Shown: positions 29,128-41,946, counted from the first letter of the stretch. The stretch is DNA of 64,000 nucleotides from Macrostomum hystrix (GCA_950097015.1 CATNEN010000001.1:5890001-5954000), one strand, 5' to 3'. Program-made: numbers and translations. The notes: generated by a model from the sequence alone, not told the origin.

Positions 29128-29985
29128 TTTATTGGGATCAGGTCATTATCGATTAGGATCACGTTATTATCGATTGGGATTAGGTCATTATCGATTGGGA
29201 TCAGGGCATTATCGATTAGGATCAGACCAATATCGATTGGGATCAGACCATTATCGATTGAGATCAATTCATTAACGATTAGGATCAGGTTATTATCGAT
29301 TGGGATCAGGACATTATCGATTAGTATCAGGTTATTATCGATTGGGATCAGATCTTAATCGATTGGGATCAGGCCATTATCGATTGGGATCAGGTTATGA
29401 TCGATTGGGATCAGGGCATTATCGATTGGGATCAGGGCATTATCGATTGGGATTAGACCATTATCGATTGAGATCAAGTCATTATCGATTAGGATCAGGT
29501 TATTATCGATTGGGATCAAGTCATTATCGATTAGGATCAGGTTATTATCGATTGGGATCAGGTTATTATCGATTGGGATCAGATCTTAATCGATTGGGAT
29601 CAGGCCATTATCGATTGGGATCAGGGCATTATCGATTGGGATCAGGGCATTATCGATTGGGATTAGACCATTATCGATTGAGATCAAGTCATTATCGATT
29701 AGGATCAGGTTATTATCGATTAGGATCAGGTTATTATCGATTGGGATCAGATCTTAATCGATTGGGATCAGGCCATTATCGATTGGGATCAGGGCATTAT
29801 CGATTGGGATCAGGTCCTAATCGATTGGGATCAGACCATTATCGATTGAGATCAAGTCATTATCGATTAGGATCAGGTTATTATCGTTTGGGATCAGGTC
29901 ATAATCGATTTGGATCAGGACATTATCGATTAAGATCCTGGCATTATCGATTTGGATCAGGCATTATCGATTGGGATTAGATCAT
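29128..29985. repeat. 21-bp minisatellite in KIF2 intron 3
   Basis: Unit attatcgattgggatcagggc. Confidence 0.93.
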
Positions 29986-30048
29986 TTTTAATTTGGACCG
30001 AATCGCAGATAATTAGGATTAAAATAGAGTTAATTAGTACCCAGGTCA

Positions 30049-30423
<375 letters not shown>

Positions 30424-30429
30424 TCAACC

Positions 30430-30875
30430 TACCTACAATCCTTGAATCTATCTCCCTACAATCCTTGAATCCATCTCCCTACATTCCTCGAATCCATCTC
30501 CCTACATTCCTCGAATCCATCTCCCTACAATCCTTGAATCTATCTCCCTACAATCCTTGAATCTATCTCCCTACAATCCTTGAATCCTTGATCTCCCTAC
30601 AATCCTCGAATCCGCATTCCTACAATCCTCGAATCTGCATCCCTACAATCCTCGAATCCGCATCCCTACAATCCTCGAATCTGCACCCCTACAATCCTCG
30701 AATCCGCATTCCTACAATCCTCGAATCTGCATCCCTACAATCCTCGAATCCGCATCCCTACAATCCTCGAATCTGCACCCCTACAATCCTCGAATCCGCA
30801 TCCCTACAATCCTCGAATCTGCACCCCTACAATCCTCGAATCCGCATCCCTACAATCCTCGAAACCGCATCCCTG
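30430..30875. repeat. 23-bp minisatellite in KIF2 intron 2
   Basis: Unit atccctacaatcctcgaatccgc. Confidence 0.93.
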
Positions 30876-30945
30876 CAAATCAGTTTACACCTCCCTACAA
30901 GCCTTCCCTATCTAGATAAACACTGTCAGCAACCAAAGCGCCAAC

Positions 30946-31344
30946 CTTGAGCTTGGGCTCGTGAACCAGAATGTTCTCTTTATTAGGAATGGTGACGACG
31001 TCGATCTCCTTTTTAGTTAGCTCGCGCTTATTCAACGGCCTCTTGCGCACACAGACGCAAATCTGGTGATTCTCAATCGGCGTATCATTAGTGATGGGCC
31101 GATAATCCAGGGTGCCCTGAAATTCTCGTATCATCTGCAAGAATTCGAACTGCGGATTGCTCGGATCGTAATCCGGATCGGTCTTCTTAGCCTGCTGAGC
31201 CGCCCGGCGCTCGTCGCGACGCTGTTGAATGCGTTCAATCTCTTTGACGACGTTCGACTTTCGACCGCCACCAGCCGCTGCTCCGGCGGCTCCGGCGCCA
31301 GCTCTGCGTGCGGCTCCGCGTTCTTCGCGTGTCGGACTCGTTTC
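30946..31344 (-). CDS. KIF2: Kinesin-13 KIF2-like, exon 2 (neck and motor start)
   Basis: RKSNVVKEIERIQQRR neck and QICVCVRKRPLNKRE; acceptor cgcag, donor gttgg. Confidence 0.94.
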
Positions 31345-31356
31345 CTGCGCGGTAGG

Positions 31357-31677
31357 TGACGTCACAGTTTAATAATAGTACAATCTACGAGTTTACGTTA
31401 GATGCTAATCAATACCTACATTATATTTGATGACGTCATCAATTAAACTTAATGTAGGCACAGTAAACAGCTCTTACTAACAAGACTTACTTATTGTTAC
31501 TATTGTTAATTGTTACTATTATTAACTTACGAGATCTTTATTTTCTTGTACATTCAATGACATTACACACGCTATGTACTTTTTATGACGTCATATTTGC
31601 AACGTACTTCTGATGACGTCATAACTCATATGCGCATGTGATGACGTCATACTAGTTATGTACATTTTATGACGTCA
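31357..31677. promoter_or_regulatory. Cluster of six TGACGTCA (CRE) palindromes in KIF2 intron 1
   Basis: Sites start at 31357, 31431, 31586, 31614, 31642 and 31670. Confidence 0.45.
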
Positions 31678-31907
31678 TGAGCTACTAATAAAAATGTAAC
31701 AGTTATAAATAGTCATACAATATACATAAAGTATAACTTAACGTAGAGATAGTTTTGTGCTCACTGACTGAAATACAATGAGAACTTTAATAGCAGTTGT
31801 CGACAAAAAATAAATATAACTGCGATAATCTGCAGGTGGGTGGATAGACTCACTTACCCACTATAAACTAACAAACAACAGTAGGCTAAAAGCCAAACGC
31901 CACTCAC

Positions 31908-31993
31908 CCCCTGACCTCCGTAATCGTCTTCGTCCACAGAATCCTGTGGTTCCGGAGGCGGAGGCGGCGGAACATATCTAGCCACTGCCGGTT

Positions 31994-32024
<31 letters not shown>

Positions 32025-32426
32025 CGGCTGAGAACCACCGCGAGCGCTAGGAATAGCAGACGGTCGACTCTTTGCCGGCTGCTGCTGCTGCTGAGCTGGC
32101 TCCCTGTGACTGTAGGAAGCGCCAACATTGCCTTCTGAGGCTCCGGCGCCGTTCATCCCGTAGTCGATGGAGCCTCCGCCGCCACCTCCGCCACCGCCGC
32201 CGCCTCCGCTAGCTAATTCAGCCGGGGCTAAGCCAGGATTCAATTGAAAGATAGCCTCCAATTCAATCTCTTTGCCTTTGGCTTCGCCGCGTTCAAACCA
32301 TTCAACTGTGACGCTGTGACTATCTCTATTGATGCCGCTAACAATCGCCGAGTGAATACGACCGTCAGTTCGCTGAATATCAACGTTGGTGCCAACGAGG
32401 ATTGAACCGAATTCTGGATCTGACAT
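31908..32426 (-). CDS. KIF2: Kinesin-13 KIF2-like, exon 1 (N-terminal targeting domain)
   Basis: VDIQRTDGRIHSAIV...SVTVEWFE.GE.KGKEIEL..IF.LNP is the conserved KIF2/Klp10A N-terminus; donor gtgagt. Confidence 0.94.
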
Positions 32427-32719
32427 GGCGAATCTGTGTGCTAACTGTATCTTCTAGAAGATTTTATTATATTTGTTCGATTCCTATGAGACTTTATTGG
32501 ATTCGCCGATTTAGATTCCGGGCTTATTTACAAGAATCCAAATTGGTAGACGCTAGCTTCAAGTGCGAATTTTCGTAACGACTGGAATAGCAAATTTAAT
32601 ACGAATTGTAAATGGTAAATGATAGTGAAAACATTTTGCTTCTATGGCCCGAGCTGTTGAGATCTGTCTTGATATTTTTAGAATTTTTATCGAAACTACC
32701 TATGAATAAGAACTGCATA

Positions 32720-35700
32720 TTGATCTTATCTAGGGACTGTCCTATGACTGACATTCTAATGATCTAATCTAGGGACTGTCTCATGACTGACATTCTAATG
32801 ATCTAATCTAGGGACTGTCTCATGACTGACATCCTAATGATCTAATCTAGGGACTGTCTCATGACTGACATTCTAATGATCTAATCTAGGGACTGTCCTA
32901 TGACTGACATTCTAATGATCTAATCTAGGGACTGTCTCATGACTGACATTCTAATGATCTAATCTAGGGACTGTCCATTGACTGATCCTAATGATCTAAT
33001 CTAGGGACTGTCCTATGACTGACACACTAATGACGGACATCCCAATGATATAATCTAGGGACTGTCCTATGACTTACATTCTAATGATGTAATCTAGGTA
33101 CTGTCCTATGACTTACATTCTAATGATCTAATCTAGGGACTGTCCTATGACTTACATTCTAATGATCTAATCTAGGGACTGTCCTATGACTTACATTCTA
33201 ATGATCTAATCTAGGTACTGTCCTATGACTTACATTCTAATGATCTAATCTAGGGACTGTCCTATGACTTACATCCTAATGATCTAATCTAGGGACTGTC
33301 CTATGACTTACATCCTAATGATCTAATCTAGGGACTGTCCTATGACTGACATTCTAATGATCTAATCTAGGGACTGTCTCATGACTGACATTCTAATGAT
33401 CTAATCTAGGTACTGTCCTATGACTTACATTCTAATGATGTAATCTAGGTACTGTCCTATGACTGACATTCTAATGATCTAATCTAGGGACTGTCTCATG
33501 ACTGACATTCTAATGATGTAATCTAGGGACTGTCTCATGACTGACATTCTAATGATCTAATCTAGGTACTGTCCTATGACTTACATTCTAATGATGTAAT
33601 CTAGGGACTGTCTCATGACTGACATTCTAATGATCTAATCTAGGGACTGTCTCATGACTGACATTCTAATGATCTAATCTAGGGACTGTCCTATGACTGA
33701 CATTCTAATGATCTAATCTAGGGACTGTCTCATGACTGACATTCTAATGATCTAATCTAGGGACTGTCCATTGACTGATCCTAATGATCTAATCTAGGGA
33801 CTGTCCTATGACTGACACACTAATGACGGACATCCCAATGATGTAATCTAGGGACTGTCCTATGACTTACATTCTAATGATGTAATCTAGGTACTGTCCT
33901 ATGACTGAAATTCTAATGATCTAATCTAGGGACTGTCCTATGACTGACATTCTAATGATCTAATCTAGGGACTGTCCTATGACTGACATTCTAATGATGT
34001 AATCTAGGCACTGTCCTATGACTGACATTCTAATGATCTAATCTAGGCACTGTCCTATGACTGACATTCTAATGATCTAATCTAGGTACTGTCCTATGAC
34101 TGATATTCTAATGATCTAATCTAGGTACTGTCCTATGACTGATATTCTAATGATCTAATCTAGGTACTGTCCTATGACTGACATTCTAATGATCTAATCT
34201 AGGGACTGTCCTATGACTGATATCCTAATGATCTAATCTAGGGACTGTCCTATGACTGACACCCTAATGACGGAGATCCCAATGATATAATCTAGGGACT
34301 GTCCTATGACTGACATTCTAATGATCTAATCTAGGGACTGTCCTATGACTGACATTCTAATGATGTAATCTAAGGACTGTCCTATGACTGACATTCTAAT
34401 GATGTAATCTAAGGACTGTCCTATGACTGACATTCTAATGATGTAATCTAAGGACTGTCCTATGACTGACATTCTAATGATGTAATCTAAGGACTGTCCT
34501 ATGACTGACATTCTAATGATCTAATCTAGGGACTGTCCTATGACTGACATTCTAATGATGTAATCTAAGGACTGTCCTATGACTGACATTCTAATGATGT
34601 AATCTAAGGACTGTCCTATGACTGACATTCTAATGATGTAATCTAAGGACTGTCCTATGACTGACATTCTAATGATGTAATCTAAGGACTGTCCTATGAC
34701 TGACATTCTAATGATGTAATCTAGGTACTGTCCTATGACTGAAATTCTAATGATCTAATCTAGGGACTGTCCTATGACTGACATTCTAATGATCTAATCT
34801 AGGGACTGTCCTATGACTGACATTCTAATGATGTAATCTAAGGACTGTCCTATGACTGACATTCTAATGATGTAATCTAGGCACTGTCCTATGACTGACA
34901 TTCTAATGATCTAATCTAGGCACTGTCCTATGACTGACATTCTAATGATCTAATCTAGGTACTGTCCTATGACTGATATTCTAATGATCTAATCTAGGTA
35001 CTGTCCTATGACTGACATTCTAATGATCTAATCTAGGTACTGTCCTATGACTGATATTCTAATGATCTAATCTAGGTACTGTCCTATGACTGACATTCTA
35101 ATGATGTCATCTAGGCACTGTCCTATGACTGATATTCTAATGATCTAATCTAGGGACTGTCCTATGACTGATATCCTAATGATCTAATCTAGGGACTGTC
35201 CTATGACTGACACCCTAATGACGGAGATCCCAATGATATAATCTAGGGACTGTCCTATGACTGACATTCTAATGATCTAATCTAGGGACTGTCCTATGAC
35301 TGACACCCTAATGACGGAGATCCCAATGATATAATCTAGGGACTGTCCTATGACTGACATTCTAATGATCTAATCTAGGGACTGTCCTATGACTGACATT
35401 CTAATGATGTAATCTAAGGACTGTCTTATGACTGACATTCTAATGATGTAATCTAAGGACTGTCCTATGACTGACATTCTAATGATGTAATCTAAGGACT
35501 GTCCTATGACTGACATTCTAATGATGTAATCTAAGGACTGTCCTATGACTGACATTCTAATGATGTAATCTAGGGACTGTCCTATGACTGACATTCTAAT
35601 GATGTAATCTAAGGACTGTCCTATGACTGACATTCTAATGATGTAATCTAGGGACTGTCCTATGACTGACATTCTAATGATGTAATCTAGGGACTGTCCT

Positions 35701-35817
35701 ATGACTGACATTCTAATGATGTAATCTAAGGACTGTCCTATGACTGACATTCTAATGATGTAATCTAGGGACTGTCCTATGACTGACATTCTAATGATGT
35801 AATCTAGGGACTGTCCT
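32720..35817. repeat. 39-bp minisatellite, about 80 copies, upstream of KIF2
   Basis: Unit gatctaatctagggactgtcctatgactgacattctaat. Confidence 0.97.
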
Positions 35818-36632
35818 GTGATCAAACTAAGTGTTTAAGGTAAATAAAAAATGAGACGGCCACATAATTGTAAAAATAAATGAAAACTTTAGTTTTTCTA
35901 AAAAAAACAATGGTACAACACATCGGGGTTAGCAAAAACGTTAGTGACGTAATATAAATTGAGCAATCATTAGCAAAACACAATGATATAGTTAGAAAAA
36001 AATACTATTTATCTGTCTGTAATAACTTTTTTAAACCAAAAAACTGATTAACTATTAAAAAGCTTATTTTCTCAGCGATAATTTTGAGCACGTTTCTCAA
36101 AGCAACAGGTGAACAGACAAGTAAATAGCAAAGTAGGAATGACACAGAAAGAATGAGTAAAAAGTTTCGAATGATTTCAAAATAGGCAACGGTTGTTTAG
36201 TAAATGATCAGTTTGTAAATCTTAAATGGCAGCATTCGAATTAACAAAACACTTTGTTATGCAAACAATATAGTCAAGCCATACATCACATTGAGTACAC
36301 AATGACATCGGAATGTTTAAGTTAATAGAAATAACAAAGCGTTAAAAACCATAAACTAAAAAATGTATTGAATGAGACTCTTAAAAAACGAACTCATAAG
36401 CTGGAGAAAAGGCTTAATAAATGAAACTAATAAATAAGGCAGATTTGGCCGCTAAAAAAAGCTGTGTATAATTTATAAAAAATATCTTCCGGAATCACAG
36501 AAAAAATAAATTCTGCCTAGTTTAGTGGCAGTTAAACTTCATTCATTATTATCACTAGCTTTAACACAAAATACTCCAGCAGTATGTCATATCAGCTTGT
36601 TGTCAGCTGCAAATAACGACGACTCTGATTCT

Positions 36633-39600
36633 TCACTCCTCAGCTTCAGTCCTACCCTCCTGAGCTTCTGGTTCTTTCTCCCCGGCCTCAGGTTCTTTCT
36701 CCTCGGCCTCAGGTGCATTCTCCTCGGCCTCAGGTAATTTCTCTTCGGAATTAGGTGTATTCTCTTCGGACTCAGGTGCATTCTTCTCGGCCTCAGGTGC
36801 ATTCTTCTCGGCCTCATGTGCATTCTTCTCGGCCTCAGGTGCATTATTCTCGGCCTCATGTGCATTCTCCTCAGCCTCAGGTAATTTCTCCTCGGTCGCA
36901 GGTGCTTTCTCCTCGGAATTAGGTGCATTCTCCTCATTAGGTGCTGTTTTATCGGCCTCGAGTATTTTTTTATCAGCCCTAGGTTTCCTCACCTCCTCCC
37001 TAGCGGACTCTTCAGCATCAGGGTTGTTCGCATCAGCTTCGGACTCTTCCGGCTTCTCCTTCAGCTTCTCTTCGACAGAATCCTCATTTAGCTTCTCCTC
37101 AGTAGTCACCTTAAGCTTCTCTTCGTCAGATTCTTCCTTAGGCTTCTCTTCGTCAGATTCTTCCTTAGGCTTCTCTTCGTCAGATTTCTCTTTCAGGTTC
37201 TCCTCGTCAGATTCCTCTTTCAGGTTCTCCTCGTCAGATTCCTCCTTCAGCTTCTCCTCGTCAGATTCCTCCTTCAGCTTCTCTTTGTCAGAATCCACAT
37301 TTAGCTTCTCCTCCGTAGTCACCTCCTTAAGCTTCTCTTCGTCAGATTCCTCCTTAAGCTTCTCTTCGTCAGATTCTCCCTTAGGCTTCTCTTCGTCAGA
37401 TTCGTCCTTCAGCTTCTCTTCGTCAGATTCCTTCTTCAGCTTCTCTTCGTCAGATTCTCCCTTAAGCTTCTCTTCGTCAGATTCGTCCTTTATCTTCTCT
37501 TCGTCAGATTCCTCATTTAGCTTCTCCTCAGTAGTCACCTCCTTAATCTTCTCTTCATCAGATTTCCCCTTCAGCTCCTCCTCGTAAGATTCTTCTTTAA
37601 TCTTCTCTTCGTCAGATTCTTCCTTAAGCTTCTCTTCGTCAGATTCCTTCTTCAGCTTCTCTTCGTCAGATTCCTTCTTCAGCTTCTCTTCGTGAGATTC
37701 TTTCTTCTGCTTCTCTTCGTCAGATTCCTCTCTCAGCTTCTTTTCGTCAGACTCTTCTTTAAGTTTCTCTTTGTCAGATTCTTCCTTAGGCTTCTCTTCG
37801 TCAGAATTCTCCCTAAGCTTCTCTTCGTCAGATTCCTCTTTCAGCTTCTCTGCGTCAGATTCCTCCTTTAGCTTTTCTTCGTCAGATTCCTTCTTCAGCT
37901 TCTCTTCGTCAGATTCCTCCTTAAGCTTCTCTTCGTCAGATTCTTCCTTAGGCTTCTCTTCGTCAGATTCGTCCTTCATCTTCTCTTCGTCAGATTCCTC
38001 ATTTAGCTTCTCCTCAGTAGCCACCTCCTTAAGCTTCTCTTCATTAGATTCCTCCTTTAGCTTCTCTTCGTCAGATTCCTCTTTCAGCTTCTCTTCGTCA
38101 GATTCCTCCTTCAGCTTCTCTTCGTCAGATTCTTCCTTAGGCTTCTCTTCGTCAGAATTCTCCCTAAGCTTCTCTTCGTCAGATTGCTCTTTCAGCTTCT
38201 CTTCGTCAGATTCCTCTTTCAGCTTCTCTTCGTCAGATTCCTTCTTCAGTTTCTCTTCGTCAGATTCCTCCTTCAGCTTCTCTTCGTCAGATTCTTCCTT
38301 AAGCTTCTCTTCGTCAGATTCTTCCTTAGGCTTCTCTTCGTCAGAATTCTCCCTAAGCTTCTCTTCGTCAGATTCCTCTTTCAGATTCTCTGCGTCAGAT
38401 TCCTCCTTCAGCTTTTCTTCGTCAGATTTCTCCTTCAGCTTCGCTTCTTCAGATTCCTTCTTCAGCTTCTCTTCGTCAGATTCCTCCTTAAGCTTCTCTT
38501 CATCAGATTCTTCCTTAGGCTTCTCTTCGTCAGATTCGTCCTTCATCTTCTCTTCGTCAGATTCCTCATTTAGCTTCTCCTCAGTAGTCACCTCCTTAAG
38601 CTTCTCTTCATCAGATTCTTCCTTCAGCTCCTCCTCGTCAGATTCTTCTTTAATATTCTCTTCGTCAGAATTCTCCCTAAGCTTCTCTTCGTCAGATTGC
38701 TCTTTCAGCTTCTCTTCGTCAGATTCCTCTTTCAGCTTCTCTTCGTCAGATTCCTCTTTCAGCTTCTCTTTGTCAGATTCCTCTTTCAGCTTCTCTTCGT
38801 CAGATTCCTTCTTCAGTTTCTCTTCGTCAGAATTCTCCCTAAGCTTCTCTTCGTCAGATTGCTCTTTCAGCTTCTCTTCGTCAGATTCCTCTTTCAGCTT
38901 CTCTTCGTCAGATTCCTCCTTCAGCTTCTCTTTGTCAAATTCCTCTTTCAGCTTCTCTTCACTGGATTTCTCATTTAGCTTGTCTTCATCAGTTTCCTTT
39001 TTAGGCTTCTCCTCAGTAGGCTGATCCTTCAGCCTATCTTTATCAGATTCCTCTTCACGATTCTCCTCTTCGATTTCTTTTGTAAGAATTTGACAGTCTG
39101 TTACCTCGTTAATATCAGAACCTGATTGTAATTCTGGCTTAACAAAGAATGGCTTTTTCTGATGACTATCTTTAATGAGATCTTCGTGTTGAATGTTAAC
39201 GGAAAATCTAATTTTTTCAGGTTTTTCCTCAGATGATGACGAACTTTTTGACCTGGGCTTCTTCGACACCACGTCATCGGAGTCCTTCTTCGACTCCTCG
39301 TCATCGGAATCCTTCTTCGACTCCTCTGCATCGGAGTCTTTCTTTAACTCCTCGGCATCGGAGTCTTTCTTCGACTCCTCGGCATCGGAGTCTTTCTTCG
39401 ACTCCTCAGCATCGGAGTCTTTCTTCGACTCCTCGGCATCGGAGTCCTTCTTCGACTTCTTGGCATCGGAGTACTTCTTCGGCTTTTGGTCCTCGGAGCC
39501 ATTCATCAGCTTATCATCATGGGAGTCCTTCTTCGACTCCTCGGCATCGGAGACCTTCGACTTCTCTGCTTTGGAGTCCTTCTTCGACTTCTCGGCATCG

Positions 39601-40694
39601 GAGTCCTTCTTGGACTCCTCGTCATCGGAGTCCTTCTTGGACTTCTCGTCATCGGAGTCCTTTTTCGACTTCTCATCATCAGAGTTGATATTCGGCTTCT
39701 CATCATCGGAGTCGATCTTCGGCTTCTCATCATCGGAGTCAATCTTCGACTTGTCATCATCGGAGTCAATCTTCGGCTTCTCATCATCGGAGTCCTTCTT
39801 CTGCTTCTGGTCCTCGGAGTCATTCATCAGCTTATCGTTATCAGAGTCCTTCAATGAATCGAGTTTTTTACTTTTTATATCATCTGCGTTGGTGTTTCTC
39901 TCGTCAATAACTAGTTCTAGAGTGAGACTCTCGCTCAATAACTGGTCACGTTGGTTTCCACCGGCTGGTATAATGACTGCAACAGCGGAAGCGGTGTTCG
40001 CTCGATCACCTTTCTTCTTGTTATCGTCGTTACTACTATCACTTTCATTTCTGGCCTTTTTAGCTTTCTTTTTCTTCTTCTTATCTTTGCGCTTTTGTCT
40101 GCTTTTACTGTTGCTCTTGTCGCCACTGCTGCTTCCCTTGCTTGCTTCAGAATCGCTGCTACTTTTGCTACCGCTGCGTGTTTCTTCGTTCGGCTGCTCA
40201 AATCGGTCAGGAATTTTTAAATCCTTTTCATCGATAGACTTCATAACGCTGGGACTTGGGCGGCGGGCGATGTTGCTAAATGAATCATCCGACTGCAACT
40301 GCGGCTGCGGCCGTCTTGCAGGCAAAACGGGAGACGGTTTCTCGCCAGCAAAGAATGACACATCATTGTCAGAAACTGTTCCAGCATTGGATCCTGGAAT
40401 ACGATCAGCTGTGGCAGTTGACGAGTTGGCATCTTCATTAACAATACGAGCGGTATCCGGGTGCCTATCTGAGGCGGACCGATTGGAATTCAGCAGGGGT
40501 TTCAACGATTCCGGATCACGCGGCGAGCCAGATGCGGCTACGCGCAGCTGCAACGAGGATGACTCCGCCGACTGTTCTTGCCGACAACAGATTCGACGCT
40601 TTATGGCCAAAATGATGGCAACTATGATGAGGAGTATGGCGTAGCTGAGCATAATGCCCAACGCCAAAGATAGCGACCCATCTATCGCTGCCAT
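36633..40694 (-). CDS. Single-pass (type III-like) membrane protein with long acidic repeat cytoplasmic tail, 1353 aa
   Basis: Kozak-like GCTACCATGG start; hydrophobic helix LSLALGIMLSYAILLIIVAIILAI followed by KRRICC; about 250 aa of non-repetitive sequence; then 27-bp (9-aa) and 21-bp (7-aa) repeats that stay in frame over 4 kb despite unit divergence. Confidence 0.75.
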   Translation of the reverse strand: MAAIDGSLSLALGIMLSYAILLIIVAIILAIKRRICCRQEQSAESSSLQLRVAASGSPRDPESLKPLLNSNRSASDRHPDTARIVNEDANSSTATADRIPGSNAGTVSDNDVSFFAGEKPSPVLPARRPQPQLQSDDSFSNIARRPSPSVMKSIDEKDLKIPDRFEQPNEETRSGSKSSSDSEASKGSSSGDKSNSKSRQKRKDKKKKKKAKKARNESDSSNDDNKKKGDRANTASAVAVIIPAGGNQRDQLLSESLTLELVIDERNTNADDIKSKKLDSLKDSDNDKLMNDSEDQKQKKDSDDEKPKIDSDDDKSKIDSDDEKPKIDSDDEKPNINSDDEKSKKDSDDEKSKKDSDDEESKKDSDAEKSKKDSKAEKSKVSDAEESKKDSHDDKLMNGSEDQKPKKYSDAKKSKKDSDAEESKKDSDAEESKKDSDAEESKKDSDAEELKKDSDAEESKKDSDDEESKKDSDDVVSKKPRSKSSSSSEEKPEKIRFSVNIQHEDLIKDSHQKKPFFVKPELQSGSDINEVTDCQILTKEIEEENREEESDKDRLKDQPTEEKPKKETDEDKLNEKSSEEKLKEEFDKEKLKEESDEEKLKEESDEEKLKEQSDEEKLRENSDEEKLKKESDEEKLKEESDKEKLKEESDEEKLKEESDEEKLKEQSDEEKLRENSDEENIKEESDEEELKEESDEEKLKEVTTEEKLNEESDEEKMKDESDEEKPKEESDEEKLKEESDEEKLKKESEEAKLKEKSDEEKLKEESDAENLKEESDEEKLRENSDEEKPKEESDEEKLKEESDEEKLKEESDEEKLKKESDEEKLKEESDEEKLKEQSDEEKLRENSDEEKPKEESDEEKLKEESDEEKLKEESDEEKLKEESNEEKLKEVATEEKLNEESDEEKMKDESDEEKPKEESDEEKLKEESDEEKLKKESDEEKLKEESDAEKLKEESDEEKLRENSDEEKPKEESDKEKLKEESDEKKLREESDEEKQKKESHEEKLKKESDEEKLKKESDEEKLKEESDEEKIKEESYEEELKGKSDEEKIKEVTTEEKLNEESDEEKIKDESDEEKLKGESDEEKLKKESDEEKLKDESDEEKPKGESDEEKLKEESDEEKLKEVTTEEKLNVDSDKEKLKEESDEEKLKEESDEENLKEESDEENLKEKSDEEKPKEESDEEKPKEESDEEKLKVTTEEKLNEDSVEEKLKEKPEESEADANNPDAEESAREEVRKPRADKKILEADKTAPNEENAPNSEEKAPATEEKLPEAEENAHEAENNAPEAEKNAHEAEKNAPEAEKNAPESEENTPNSEEKLPEAEENAPEAEEKEPEAGEKEPEAQEGRTEAEE

Positions 40695-40875
40695 GGTAGC
40701 GAATACTTTTCGATGACTTCAGCGAGCTGTCAATTGTCTAGACGCTCTTGTCCGCAACTGAAAGGTGCATGATTTGGCAGTTTTTCAAGCTTAATTACAA
40801 AGGAAAGCTCAAGCATTATCAACCCAGTTTTGTGCAATTTTTTCCAGGTTAACTAAAAAAACTTTTTAATTATGG

Positions 40876-41118
40876 GGAGGGCGAGTGACAGAGCGGTCTA
40901 AGGTCCCTGAGCTCGCAAAAGCTTGGTGGTTTGTCCTGCAATTCACTCCCTTGATGGCCAGACCAAAGGCACAGCGAAATTGTACACTGCCTGACGATGA
41001 GAAAGTCAGGGCAGATGTACACACATGCGTGAGTGTGTGCTCAGGATTCAGCAGAATTGCCTCATCGCTGGCTGTGGGTGGACTGTAACCAAATGATATG
41101 CCAGTGCCCACCCACAGC
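40876..41118 (+). mobile_element. SINE family A copy with internal deletions
   Basis: gagtgacagagcggtctaaggtccctgagctcg...gtcagggcagatgtacacac...accaaatgatatg. Confidence 0.75.
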
Positions 41119-41359
41119 CTTCCTCCAAGTATACTCGTAGTTGTTATTATTAGACTCGTAAATCAATGCACCTAAAATACCCACCGTTTGAAACTCAACC
41201 TACTCAAGACTTGACAATGAATATTTACAAAGTAATAATTAGCTAACACTTCACGACGTTTTAAAAGCAATTAAAAAGCGCAAAATATAAAAACATATAT
41301 ATTTTTTTCAAGAATACATAGAGAGAAATAGAAAAAAATAGAACTACACCTGGCAGGCT

Positions 41360-41645
41360 GCAAGCAGCCAGTTTTTGCCAGATGTACAGTCAAGGCACAG
41401 CCGCAGCGAGTGCGCGGCGCATCCGAGACTGTGTACGGCTGTCACAGAGTTACTGTGGGGGGTCGCCACTCCACCCTTTCTATTCCCCAGCTTGCGGCTG
41501 GTACCCAATCACAGCTGGGTGAACTGGAGCAATACGTGGTTAAGTGCCTTGCTCAAGGACACAGGTCGCCGCCCGGTCCGGGAGTCGAACCATGGACCTT
41601 TAAGTCCTGAGTCTGACGCCCTAACCACTAGGCCACGGCTCCACG
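41360..41645 (-). mobile_element. tRNA-derived CORE-like SINE family B
   Basis: Minus strand: tRNA head (gtggcctagtggttagggcgtcagact...ggttcgactccc) followed by CORE-like tgtgtccttgagcaaggcacttaacc...cccagctgtgattgggtacc. Confidence 0.8.
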
Positions 41646-41946
41646 AATACAATAGTTTGTATATTGTATATACGAGATATATATATATTATATATTACTT
41701 CATGCAACAAGCACTGAAGAAAAAGTCTAAAACCTTCTGAAGATAATAAATTAAGATATTATATAAAAAATTATGTTACACAAAATCTCGAATACGAAAA
41801 TATGGATACAGAAAAATAGGCATAAGCAAACTCTAACTTAATGAAACCAAAACCAAATTAGATACTAGCTCAGCTACTGCGGGAAGCTTTGAAACTTTGT
41901 ACAGCTTTTAAGTCCATGGACTATGGGTTTGCCACACCCACCCTCA

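Noticed and set aside
37024-40644. Ser/Phe-rich plus-strand ORFs
   Set aside because: Antisense shadows of the Glu/Lys/Asp-rich minus-strand gene.
40981-41025. CTGACGA...GAAA in SINE family A resembling a minimal hammerhead ribozyme
   Set aside because: Helices II and III cannot form, helix I is out of register with a cleavage triplet, and other copies (for example 48655) lack GAAA; a simple hairpin explains it.
41560-41645. Functional tRNA gene (also considered at 41947, 47384 and 21727)
   Set aside because: Acceptor and anticodon stems do not close properly and most run directly into SINE bodies.
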